In this document: in pieces, positions 56,687-64,000 of the stretch
How the letters are laid out: each line of letters opens with the position of its first letter
Numbering within the stretch: position 1 is the first letter of the stretch
DNA from: a virus
Strand: one strand, 5' to 3'
Virus record (IMG/VR): IMGVR_UViG_3300032236_001771
Coordinates: 36,077 to 100,076 of that record
Length of the DNA stretch: 64,000 bases
Program-made: the position numbers and the translations under genes
Notes under the pieces: model-generated
Databases searched by the model: none
Told to the model about the DNA's origin: nothing
Seen by the model: only the letters and a program-made list of their open reading frames with translations

Positions 56687-57121
56687 ATGAGAACCTGCAA
56701 AATCTGCAACGAAGCAAAACCACTTACAGAGTTTTATCAAACTGTAAGAAATAGAGAGCCTTATGGTTATCATGGAAAATGTAAATCTTGTTATATTAAA
56801 AAACAACAGAAGAATTATGATCCAATTAAACAGAGGGATGAAAATCTAAAATATAGGTATGGAAAAAACTTTGGATTGAATGAATATAACATATTGTTAG
56901 AAAAACAAGGACATAAGTGTGCTATTTGTGGAACTGATGAACCTAAAGGAAGAAAATCTGGAAGAGGTGGTGAAATTGAAGTATTTTTTGTAGATCATAA
57001 TCATAAGACAGGTGAAGTAAGAGGTTTGCTTTGTAATGTTTGCAACAGAACAATTGGATATGTAAATGAAGATGTAGAACTTATCAAGAATATGATTAAA
57101 TATGTTAAAAAACACCAATGA
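56687..57121 (+). CDS. Endonuclease VII/HNH-type homing endonuclease downstream of psbA
   Basis: CKICNEAKPLTEFY, CAICGTDEP, FFVDHNHKTGEVRGLLCNVCNRTIG. Confidence 0.88.
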   Translation: MRTCKICNEAKPLTEFYQTVRNREPYGYHGKCKSCYIKKQQKNYDPIKQRDENLKYRYGKNFGLNEYNILLEKQGHKCAICGTDEPKGRKSGRGGEIEVFFVDHNHKTGEVRGLLCNVCNRTIGYVNEDVELIKNMIKYVKKHQ

Positions 57122-57189
57122 ACTTCCTACACATTCTCCTATTCTTTGAACTCTTCGCAGTATTCCTCTTCATAATGTCTTTACTTTAA
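57118..57189 (+). CDS. 23-aa putative transmembrane peptide
   Basis: ATGA-coupled ORF MNFLHILLFFELFAVFLFIMSLL; not in track. Confidence 0.35.
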   Translation: MNFLHILLFFELFAVFLFIMSLL

Positions 57190-57212
57190 CCAAAATTTAA
57201 CCTTCAAGGGGC

Positions 57213-57241
57213 TTGACAAATGCCCAAAGATCCTATATAAT
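57213..57241 (+). promoter_or_regulatory. sigma70-type promoter for hli genes
   Basis: TTGACA (57213-57218), 17 nt, TATAAT (57236-57241). Confidence 0.88.
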
Positions 57242-57268
57242 ACTATTGTAACTCTTTATGATATACAG

Positions 57269-57478
57269 ATGACTGTTACAACAAATGATCGCGGACAACA
57301 GAATATGTTCGCAAAAGAACCCAAAATGTACATTACGGAGAAAGACATGCAAGAACATGAAATTGAAACTTATGCAGAAAAGGCTGAAATTTGGAATTCT
57401 AGAACCGCTATGGTTGGTGTAATTGCTGGTTTAGTGTCTTATGCGCTAACTGGCAATCTTTTCTTTGGACTTTATTGA
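57269..57478 (+). CDS. hli: high-light inducible protein
   Basis: AEIWNSRTAMVGVIAGLVSYALTG chlorophyll-binding motif. Confidence 0.88.
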   Translation: MTVTTNDRGQQNMFAKEPKMYITEKDMQEHEIETYAEKAEIWNSRTAMVGVIAGLVSYALTGNLFFGLY

Positions 57479-57492
57479 TAGGAGGTATTAAA

Positions 57493-57612
57493 ATGAAATT
57501 TGGTTGGACACGCGAAAACGAACTAAAAAATGGAAAACTTGCAATGATTGGATTTGTTGCTATGATTGGTTCATACATTGTAAGTGGTCAAATTATTCCG
57601 GGAGTGTTTTAA
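57493..57612 (+). CDS. hli: second high-light inducible protein (39 aa)
   Basis: MKFGWTRENELKNGKLAMIGFVAMIGSYIVSGQIIPGVF; GGAGG RBS; not in track. Confidence 0.88.
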   Translation: MKFGWTRENELKNGKLAMIGFVAMIGSYIVSGQIIPGVF

Positions 57613-57642
57613 AACCATAACATAAAATAAGCATTTATGCCT

Positions 57643-57676
57643 ATCTCCATTCTAAATAAGGGTGGAGATTTTTTCT
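57643..57676 (+). terminator. terminator after hli genes
   Basis: ATCTCCA ... TGGAGAT then TTTTTT. Confidence 0.7.
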
Positions 57677-57680
57677 TTTT

Positions 57681-57842
57681 ATGCCTAGAAACGAACTCAC
57701 AAAAGATCAAATTAGGTGTTATGTAGAGAGATTAAAAAATGAATTATATGATGAACATGTAGAATATAATTCAGATGCAAAGGGATTAGCACACAAATAT
57801 CTTAATAAAGTTTTAGATAAAATTCAGGAGTATTCTAGGTGA
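57681..57842 (+). CDS. small hypothetical protein
   Basis: 53 aa MPRNELTKDQIRCYVERLKNELYDEHVEYNSDAKGLAHKYLNKVLDKIQEYSR. Confidence 0.55.
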   Translation: MPRNELTKDQIRCYVERLKNELYDEHVEYNSDAKGLAHKYLNKVLDKIQEYSR

Positions 57843-57910
57843 TCATTTATCGTATTCTAGAGTCTTATTTTGTAATCATGTCTGTTGTTTTGGTTTTAAG
57901 AGCAGCAACC

Positions 57911-57918
57911 TATAAATA
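57911..57918 (+). promoter_or_regulatory. late promoter motif TATAAATA before lysin
   Basis: exact motif 20 nt before ATG 57938. Confidence 0.6.
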
Positions 57919-57937
57919 AAAAAAATGAGGATAGAAG

Positions 57938-58744
57938 ATGACTATTCAACTTATAGATGTAGCAAAGTATTATACTGGAACTGAAGAGCAAGATGCTGCT
58001 CTTAAATTTCTACAAAGTAAACTTTCTGATGTAGTTCTATCTACATTTGCAACTACCTATCGTAATACTCCTAAACCAGAACCAATTGAACTGGTAAATG
58101 CAGTTAAATATTATAAAGGACTTACTCCACAACTTGCTGCATTTACTTATTTGCAGACGGTTATTCCTTTGGCAGTTTTAGTTGAATTTGCAACTCTTTG
58201 GAGAAAACAAGCAGCAACATTTGTAACTGCTGCTGAGTTAGCACATATCTGGGGATGTAAAACTACAGATATTCCTACAAGTCAAGTAATGGATTTGAAT
58301 AAATGTCTAAGAACTTTTAATATCAATACAACACTTCGTATGCGTCATTTTTTGGCTCAAATTTCTCATGAGTCTGGTGGTGGGATTTATACAGAAGAAC
58401 TTGCTTCTGGTGCTGATTATGAAGGTAGAAGTGATTTAGGTAATACTCAACCTGGAGATGGCAGAAAGTATAAAGGTGCTGGATTTATTCAATTGACTGG
58501 AAGAGCAAACTATCAGGCATTTGCTAATTATATTAAGGATCCAAAAGTTATGGATGGAGTTTCTTATGTTGCTTCTAAGTATCCAGCCTCGTCTGCCGGT
58601 TATTGGTGGCATGAAAATGAAATGAATGCTCTTTGTGATAAAAATCCATCAGTAGAGCAAGTTACTCTGAGAGTCAATGGTGGTTATACAGGTTTATCTA
58701 GTCGTGAAGCATATTTCCAAAAGTGTTGTGAAATAATAAAATAA
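57938..58744 (+). CDS. GH19 chitinase/lysozyme-like endolysin candidate
   Basis: [55 protein letters not shown]. Confidence 0.9.
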   Translation: MTIQLIDVAKYYTGTEEQDAALKFLQSKLSDVVLSTFATTYRNTPKPEPIELVNAVKYYKGLTPQLAAFTYLQTVIPLAVLVEFATLWRKQAATFVTAAELAHIWGCKTTDIPTSQVMDLNKCLRTFNINTTLRMRHFLAQISHESGGGIYTEELASGADYEGRSDLGNTQPGDGRKYKGAGFIQLTGRANYQAFANYIKDPKVMDGVSYVASKYPASSAGYWWHENEMNALCDKNPSVEQVTLRVNGGYTGLSSREAYFQKCCEIIK

Positions 58745-59344
58745 ATACTATTGCCTGAGTTGGTTGCACATTTTAGGTAAATGGGGGATAATATTATCCC
58801 CCATTCTTATAAATAGTATTGCAACCAACCTTAGGGTAAATATGTTAATTTGTAGTAAGTGTAGTACTTCTTTGCACGAATCAAACTTTTATGTAAGAAA
58901 AAATGGAAATTTACATAAAGAATGTAAAGAATGTTACAAAATAAGAATTAGAGAATATAGAAAAAATAATTTAGAATATGTTAGAGAAAAGGAAAAATCA
59001 TATAGAAAATCTGATCCAGAAAAATATAAAGAAAGAGATAGAAAAAGATCTCCAGCAAGGAAATTAGAAAGAAGAGAATATCACTTAAAAAGATTATATA
59101 ATATTTCTTTAAATGAATATTATGAAATTTTAACAGTTCAAAATGGTGGGTGTGCAATTTGCGGGAAAGAAAAATCAAAAAGTAAAGATTTTTTATGTGT
59201 AGATCACGATCATAAAAATGGAGAAATTAGAGGAATATTGTGTGATAATTGTAACAGAGGATTGGGTTTATTTGATGATAATGCTGAACTATTAATGAAT
59301 GCTTTTAATTATTTGAATAAAATAAATATTCAAAAGTGTTGTGA
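58718..59344 (+). repeat. direct repeat CAAAAGTGTTGTGA flanking the endonuclease (58718-58731 and 59331-59344)
   Basis: two exact 14-nt copies in the same reading context. Confidence 0.85.
58754..58835 (+). promoter_or_regulatory. RBS-sequestering helix with nested 24-nt palindrome and late promoter TATAAATA (58808-58815)
   Basis: CCTGAGTTGGTTGCA (58754-58768) pairs with TGCAACCAA(C)CTTAGG (58820-58835); ATGGGGGATAAT/ATTATCCCCCAT 58781-58804. Confidence 0.7.
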
Positions 59345-59357
59345 GGTTATTAAGTAA
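58842..59357 (+). CDS. Endonuclease VII/HNH-type homing endonuclease inserted at lysin 3' end
   Basis: CSKCSTSLHESNFYVRKNG, CAICGKEKSKSKDFLCVDHDHKNGEIRGILCDNCNRGLG; ATG 58842 with AGGG RBS; C-terminal KCCEVIK copies lysin end. Confidence 0.88.
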   Translation: MLICSKCSTSLHESNFYVRKNGNLHKECKECYKIRIREYRKNNLEYVREKEKSYRKSDPEKYKERDRKRSPARKLERREYHLKRLYNISLNEYYEILTVQNGGCAICGKEKSKSKDFLCVDHDHKNGEIRGILCDNCNRGLGLFDDNAELLMNAFNYLNKINIQKCCEVIK

Positions 59358-59417
59358 TAAATAGTTTAGTAATCTCAAAAAAATACCATGAAAGCCTTTA
59401 AGCTTTGGTATAAATTG

Positions 59418-59558
59418 ATGACTAATGAATATACTCAATCAAATCAGTTAGAATTTTTTTGTTGTTTAAATGGGGCTTTATATTATAATTTAACTGAAAT
59501 TGAAGATGCTTGTACTGTTTTGATGGGAGAAATTAATTATATTTTTAAAAAATACTAA
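59418..59558 (+). CDS. small hypothetical protein
   Basis: 46 aa MTNEYTQSNQLEFFCCLNGALYYNLTEIEDACTVLMGEINYIFKKY. Confidence 0.45.
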   Translation: MTNEYTQSNQLEFFCCLNGALYYNLTEIEDACTVLMGEINYIFKKY

Positions 59559-59579
59559 ATACTTATAAAGTTTAATGCT

Positions 59580-60764
59580 ATGATAGAAACCAAGGAACTC
59601 AGAAGTCTTCAAGAAGCCTATCTTTCAATTTATGAAGATAAAGAAACAGTAGAAGAAGACTATCTTACGGAAGAAGTTGAAATTGCTACTGAGTATTTTT
59701 ATGCTGAAGGATTAAATGAACATGGGATTGATATTTTAATTGAAGAACTTGGTATTGATGAGTTTGCTGAATTTGTTTATGATATTGCTGAAGAATACAC
59801 ATTAAATGAAGCCAGAAGAAGTGGTCGTATTGAACCTGTAACTAAAGCCGGAAAGCCGATTGCTGCATTAAAAGGTGGAGCAAAAACATCAGCAATTGCT
59901 GCTAGAAGAAAAGAAAAAGCAGCTAGAGATACATCAGATGATCGTCCATCTGGAATGACTGCTGCTCTTAGAAGTCAAGCTACTAAAGCTGCCACCAAAA
60001 AACAACCAGAGACAAAATCAACTCCTGCTCAAACAAAGCAAGGAATTGGTGCAAAGATTGGTAGTGCTTTAAAAACTGCAGGTAAAGTAGCAAAAAGAGC
60101 TGGAGAAGATATTGCTATTACTTATAAGGTTGCAAGAGAAGTTGGTAAAAGGGCTGAAAAATCTGCTCCAGTAAGAAAGTTTTGGGGAATGAAAGAAGAA
60201 ATTGAAGCTTGGGTTAATCAACTTATTGATGAAGGTTATGATTTGAGTGAATATACTTGGGATGAGATGGCAGAGATGTATTTGGATGAAGCCGCTGGTG
60301 GAGGTCCTAGATTAACGTTCATGCCGAAAAGTAGAGAGCGCAATATTGGTAAACATGATGATTGGAAAGATAAGCCATTAGAATGGGGTGAAAGACCTGA
60401 AGCGGCTAAAAAATTAAAAAGAAGATTGAATGCAGTTGTTTCAACTCAGCGTAGACAAGATAAAGAAACAGGAGTAAAAGAAAATTTAGATGTTTATAAT
60501 TTCTTTTTAGAGTATCTTCTTGATGAAGGTTTTGCTACAGATGAAGAATCTGCTCAAGGTATTATGGTTAATATGAGTGAAGATTGGAGACAAAGTATTG
60601 TTAATGAGGCAACGTATAAATCATCTAAATCACAACAGCCAGCAGATACTAGAAAACTTGTTACTAGAGTTGATAAAAAAGGAAATACTAGAGCGTATCA
60701 AGAATATAAAGCAGGAAATCCAAATTATAGGGCAGCTCCTGGACATGGAATTGACGAGGAATAA
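59580..60764 (+). CDS. Ala/Lys-rich conserved cyanophage protein, paralogous architecture to 30066 ORF
   Basis: 394 aa; MEIEAWVNQLIDEGYDLSEYTWDEMAEMYLDEA-like and VYNFFLEYLLDEGFATDEESAQGIM modules. Confidence 0.6.
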   Translation: MIETKELRSLQEAYLSIYEDKETVEEDYLTEEVEIATEYFYAEGLNEHGIDILIEELGIDEFAEFVYDIAEEYTLNEARRSGRIEPVTKAGKPIAALKGGAKTSAIAARRKEKAARDTSDDRPSGMTAALRSQATKAATKKQPETKSTPAQTKQGIGAKIGSALKTAGKVAKRAGEDIAITYKVAREVGKRAEKSAPVRKFWGMKEEIEAWVNQLIDEGYDLSEYTWDEMAEMYLDEAAGGGPRLTFMPKSRERNIGKHDDWKDKPLEWGERPEAAKKLKRRLNAVVSTQRRQDKETGVKENLDVYNFFLEYLLDEGFATDEESAQGIMVNMSEDWRQSIVNEATYKSSKSQQPADTRKLVTRVDKKGNTRAYQEYKAGNPNYRAAPGHGIDEE

Positions 60765-60766
60765 TT

Positions 60767-61147
60767 ATGAAAACATTCTCTGAATTTATTAATGAATCAA
60801 AAGGATATGAAGATCATGAAGTATCAATGATTCGTGCACAGCTTCATTCTATTAAAAATTCTTGTGAAACATTAATGTCTCATATGCAAGGTGAAGAGAG
60901 AGATATAGAAGCTTGGGTTCAAGCAAAGATTACAAGAGCAGAAGAAGAACTTCATGCTGCTGCCAATTATATTGATAGTGGTGAATCAGTTTCAGAATCT
61001 GCAGTTCCTGAAAAACCTAGAGAAAGATTAAAAACTGATAGGGACATGTTCAACATTCCCAAGTCAGAACAAGATGCAGCAAGACAAAGAGCACTTGAAA
61101 AAGCTGCTGCTATGAGAGCAAAAAAAGGCATCACCAAAGAAACTTAA
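60767..61147 (+). CDS. conserved hypothetical protein
   Basis: 126 aa; IEAWVQAKITRAEEELHAAANYIDSGE; directly follows. Confidence 0.6.
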   Translation: MKTFSEFINESKGYEDHEVSMIRAQLHSIKNSCETLMSHMQGEERDIEAWVQAKITRAEEELHAAANYIDSGESVSESAVPEKPRERLKTDRDMFNIPKSEQDAARQRALEKAAAMRAKKGITKET

Positions 61148-61152
61148 TATAA

Positions 61153-61296
61153 ATGATAACTTATCAGCAGTTTCTTTTTAAAGTTCAAGAAGCGTTTAAT
61201 GATATGGAAAATGGTGAAACTCCATCTGGGGGTACACCTTTAATTGATAGGGAATATAAATTAATTAAAAGCAAAAAGAAAAAAGTTAAATCTTAA
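61153..61296 (+). CDS. small hypothetical protein
   Basis: 47 aa MITYQQFLFKVQEAFNDMENGETPSGGTPLIDREYKLIKSKKKKVKS. Confidence 0.5.
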   Translation: MITYQQFLFKVQEAFNDMENGETPSGGTPLIDREYKLIKSKKKKVKS

Positions 61297-61493
61297 TATT
61301 TTTTTTCTTGTTTGTGAATCCAAATTTTTAAATCTTTTGTATATTTTCTTAATATTTGTGCCTGTTCTTCATGCCAAACATCACCAGTTTGGATGAAGAA
61401 CTTTGTATGATTATCAATTGCTTTGAGAATATAATGGATAGAATCATTCCAAGCAATTCTATCTGGAGCATTGTATTCTCTTGGGCGAGTCAT
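61293..61493 (-). CDS. conserved cyanophage hypothetical protein on minus strand
   Basis: 66 aa MTRPREYNAPDRIAWNDSIHYILKAIDNHTKFFIQTGDVWHEEQAQILRKYTKDLKIWIHKQEKKY; protein-like composition. Confidence 0.65.
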   Translation of the reverse strand: MTRPREYNAPDRIAWNDSIHYILKAIDNHTKFFIQTGDVWHEEQAQILRKYTKDLKIWIHKQEKKY

Positions 61494-61582
61494 ACAGCCT
61501 CGTCAATAATTTGGAGTGCATATTTATTTAGGTTTAATATGACATTTATAAAAAATAAATACTATTAAGTACGATCCATTCT

Positions 61583-61954
61583 ATGGAACTCTATGATTCC
61601 CCAGAAGGATATTTGTATAATCTTTATACAAGTTCTTCTGCAGAAGCAAAAAAACTTTGGAGGCAATCAATAAGAGAAAAATGGAATCATCAATGTGCTT
61701 ATTGTGGATCAGATAAAGATCTAACATTAGATCATATTATTCCTCAAGCAAAAGGAGGAAAAGATACAACAAAAAATGTACTTTGTTGTTGTCAAAAATG
61801 TAATAATTCAAAAGGACATACTGATTGGCAACTTTGGTATCGGGAACAATACTTTTATTGTGAAGGTAAAGAATTTATGATACATAAATGGATGGAGCCA
61901 GATCCACCTATAAATTTATATGAATATAAGCCCAGAAGAACTTTAAATAACTAA
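61583..61954 (+). CDS. HNH endonuclease
   Basis: CAYCGSDKDLTLDHIIPQAKGGKDTTKNVLCCCQKCNNSKG. Confidence 0.88.
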   Translation: MELYDSPEGYLYNLYTSSSAEAKKLWRQSIREKWNHQCAYCGSDKDLTLDHIIPQAKGGKDTTKNVLCCCQKCNNSKGHTDWQLWYREQYFYCEGKEFMIHKWMEPDPPINLYEYKPRRTLNN

Positions 61955-62065
61955 ATGCATTTATGGAAGACTATCACAGTTTTGAGCCAATACTTAATCA
62001 AGTATTGGCAATTTTAATATCAATAGCAATTATTGCTATACCCATACTTATTTTATTATAATTTT

Positions 62066-62773
62066 ATGTATAATACCGTATTCATTTCTGATATACATTT
62101 AGGGACTTCTAGGTGTAATGTAGATAAATTTTTAAATTTTCTTAATACACTAGAAACAAAAAAACTTGTTATTGTTGGTGATTTTATTGATATCCATTGT
62201 ATGGAGAAATATAATAGTAATTGGACAAAAAAGCATACAATGGCGGTCAAAAAAGTTTTAGATTTATCTTTAAATGATATTGAAGTTGTTTATGTTATTG
62301 GTAATCATGATGAAGTAGTCCGAAATTATATTAAATATTTGCCTTTAAATGTTGGTAAAATTTCAATATGTGATCAGTATATTTTTGAAACAACTGGTAA
62401 AAAATATCTTTGTGATCATGGAGATAGAAATTCAAAATATTCTTCTGGTTCATGGAAACAAATTATTTTGAATTGGGGTTATGAATTTATTACACCAATT
62501 AATACTTTGACTAAAAAATATTTTAATTGGAGTTTTGTTAATTTTTTAAAGAACTTAAACCAAGCCAAAATTTATATTGATAATTATGAGAATGATGAAG
62601 TAAAATATGGCAAAAGTTTTGAGGGAATTTCTGGAATTATAACAGGACATATTCATCATTTAAATGTTAGAACTATAGATAATTTTGTCTATATAAACTG
62701 TGGAGATTGGTGTGATACTTGTTCATATATTGCCGAAATTAACGGCGAATTTTTACCAATTAAATTCCCTTGA
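62066..62773 (+). CDS. LpxH/calcineurin-like phosphoesterase
   Basis: FISDIHLGTSRCN, VGDFIDIH, VIGNHDE, CDHGDRN, ITGHIHH; ATG 62066 preferred. Confidence 0.85.
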   Translation: MYNTVFISDIHLGTSRCNVDKFLNFLNTLETKKLVIVGDFIDIHCMEKYNSNWTKKHTMAVKKVLDLSLNDIEVVYVIGNHDEVVRNYIKYLPLNVGKISICDQYIFETTGKKYLCDHGDRNSKYSSGSWKQIILNWGYEFITPINTLTKKYFNWSFVNFLKNLNQAKIYIDNYENDEVKYGKSFEGISGIITGHIHHLNVRTIDNFVYINCGDWCDTCSYIAEINGEFLPIKFP

Positions 62774-62798
62774 CACCAGGGACAATATGGTGTATAAT
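62770..62798 (+). promoter_or_regulatory. sigma70-type promoter
   Basis: TTGACA (62770-62775), 17 nt, TATAAT (62793-62798). Confidence 0.85.
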
Positions 62799-62823
62799 AA
62801 AATTTGAAACCCTAGGTTGATTT

Positions 62824-63474
62824 ATGAAAATTGTTTTTTGTTTGCCTGCATCTTCAGTATCTTCAAATTATTTCAATTGTTGGAATAATACTCTTGCTTA
62901 TATGGGAGCACAGGGGATTGAAGTTCAATATTCAATGTATGAAAATGCAATTGTTGCCTTTACTCGTAATGTAATTCTTGGTGCAAATAATCTTCGGGGA
63001 CAATATCAAATTCCCTTTAATGGTGAAGTTAAGTATGATTATTTGTTTTGGATTGATCATGACATTGTTTGGAAACCAGAACAGATTATGCAATTAATCA
63101 ATCATGATAAGGATATTATGAGTGGATGTTATATCACAACTGATAACAATCATTATCCTATTTGTCGTGATATGCGTGATGAAGTTTTAATTGAAAAAGG
63201 AAATTATTCTTTTATCAGTCGTAAAGAATTGGCGAAAGAGAAAAAGCCTTTTAAAGTTGATTATGTTGGATTTGGGTTTGTTGCTGTTAAATATGGAGTG
63301 TTTGAAAGTTTGTCCTATCCTTGGTTTGAACTTCCTACTCGTGATGTTGGTCATATTAGAGATATTACTAGTGAAGATGTTCATTGGTGTATGAAAATTC
63401 GTGAAAAAGGATTTGATATTCATGTAGACCCTTCTGTTATTGTTGGTCACGAAAAGAAAGTAGTTCTTCAATAA
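62824..63474 (+). CDS. GT2/GTA-like glycosyltransferase
   Basis: YDYLFWIDHDIVWKPEQIMQLINHDKDIMSGCYIT; SEDVHWCMKIREKGFDIHVDPSVIVGH. Confidence 0.75.
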   Translation: MKIVFCLPASSVSSNYFNCWNNTLAYMGAQGIEVQYSMYENAIVAFTRNVILGANNLRGQYQIPFNGEVKYDYLFWIDHDIVWKPEQIMQLINHDKDIMSGCYITTDNNHYPICRDMRDEVLIEKGNYSFISRKELAKEKKPFKVDYVGFGFVAVKYGVFESLSYPWFELPTRDVGHIRDITSEDVHWCMKIREKGFDIHVDPSVIVGHEKKVVLQ

Positions 63475-63481
63475 TTACTTC

Positions 63482-63500
63482 AGGGCGAAAGCCCTTTTTT
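63482..63500 (+). terminator. terminator-like hairpin immediately 5' of tRNA-Ser
   Basis: AGGGC-GAAA-GCCCT then TTTTT, tRNA starts at next base. Confidence 0.7.
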
Positions 63501-63583
63501 GGAGAATAGCACGGATGGTCCGTAAATCGTCTTGAAAACGATGCCAGGTTAATAGCCCGATAGTTCAATTCTATTATTCTCCG
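63501..63583 (+). tRNA. tRNA-Ser (UGA)
   Basis: GGAGAAT/ATTCTCC acceptor, ATCGT-CTTGAAA-ACGAT, long variable arm. Confidence 0.88.
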
Positions 63584-63623
63584 CTTTCCCGATAGGGAAA
63601 TTAAAGTTTACTTAAACATTAAA

Positions 63624-63860
63624 ATGGATATTGTAATTTACTCTAAAGATGGTTGTCCCTATTGTGACAAAATCAAACAGATTTTTGAAATTAAAGGATG
63701 GGACTATGTAGAATATAAATTAGACAAGGATTTTACTAGAGAGCAATTTCTTTCCGAATTTTCCCCCCAACCGACCTTCCCACGTGTTATGATAGATGGG
63801 ACCCTAGTTGGTGGTTGTACAGAAACGGTTCAGTATTTGAAAGAACAAACCCTTATTTGA
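63624..63860 (+). CDS. grxC: glutaredoxin
   Basis: VIYSKDGCPYCDKIKQIFEIKG, QPTFPRVMIDGTLVGGCTE. Confidence 0.93.
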   Translation: MDIVIYSKDGCPYCDKIKQIFEIKGWDYVEYKLDKDFTREQFLSEFSPQPTFPRVMIDGTLVGGCTETVQYLKEQTLI

Positions 63861-63869
63861 GGATTTTTT

Positions 63870-64000
63870 ATGGTTATGAATCTTGTGGAAACACGCATTC
63901 AAGCGGTATCCGACATTGAAAGTTTTATTGATACTCAAATTGATAGTTTTTTAGTAGAAAAAAAGAAACCAAAATTCAGTTTTTACAAATACCTTAGTTC
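63870..64000 (+). CDS. hypothetical protein (3' truncated by window)
   Basis: open frame MVMNLVETRIQAVSDIESFIDTQIDSFLVEKKKPKFSFYKYLS... to window end. Confidence 0.5.
   Translation, partial: MVMNLVETRIQAVSDIESFIDTQIDSFLVEKKKPKFSFYKYLS

Noticed and set aside
1-64000. CRISPR array or cas genes, integrase/transposase
   Set aside because: No regularly spaced repeats of CRISPR type and no recognisable Cas, integrase or transposase motifs were seen.

Overview
This window is a contiguous, AT-rich, almost entirely plus-strand segment of a T4-like cyanomyovirus (cyanobacterial phage). The order is: terminase (gp16-like, gp17), sheath gp18, tube gp19, portal gp20, gp67-like, gp21, gp22, gp23, a tube-like protein, uvsY, uvsW, sigma gp55, gp47/gp46, gp45, gp44/gp62, regA, hsp20, DNA polymerase gp43, uvsX, 2OG-Fe(II) oxygenase, gp41 helicase, mazG, several structural/unknown proteins, primase gp61, nrdA and nrdB. 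An accessory half follows. It has eight complete tRNAs (Val, Arg, Leu, Pro, Ile-UAU, Gly, Asn, Ser) plus a tRNA 5' half, an RlpA-like exported protein, an SLH-domain outer-membrane-like protein, a Dps-like ferritin, a sugar-nucleotide/glycosyltransferase cluster (gmd, fcl-like, a ColD-like enzyme with His in place of the PLP Lys, GT10, GT25), psbA, two hli genes, a GH19 lysin, several homing-type endonucleases, an LpxH-like phosphoesterase and a glutaredoxin. Most notable: (1) homing-endonuclease genes preceded by strong helices whose loop holds a phage promoter, one of which pairs with the Shine-Dalgarno sequence (I-TevI-like translational control); (2) an endonuclease inserted at the GH19 3' end, ending in a copy of the GH19 C-terminal coding sequence; (3) a phage-encoded candidate GDP-fucose/GDP-colitose pathway with a GT10 transferase; (4) a secreted SLH/beta-barrel protein of host-like composition; (5) terminator hairpins fused to early promoters. 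All assignments come from reading the sequence and protein motifs; no database search or folding program was run.
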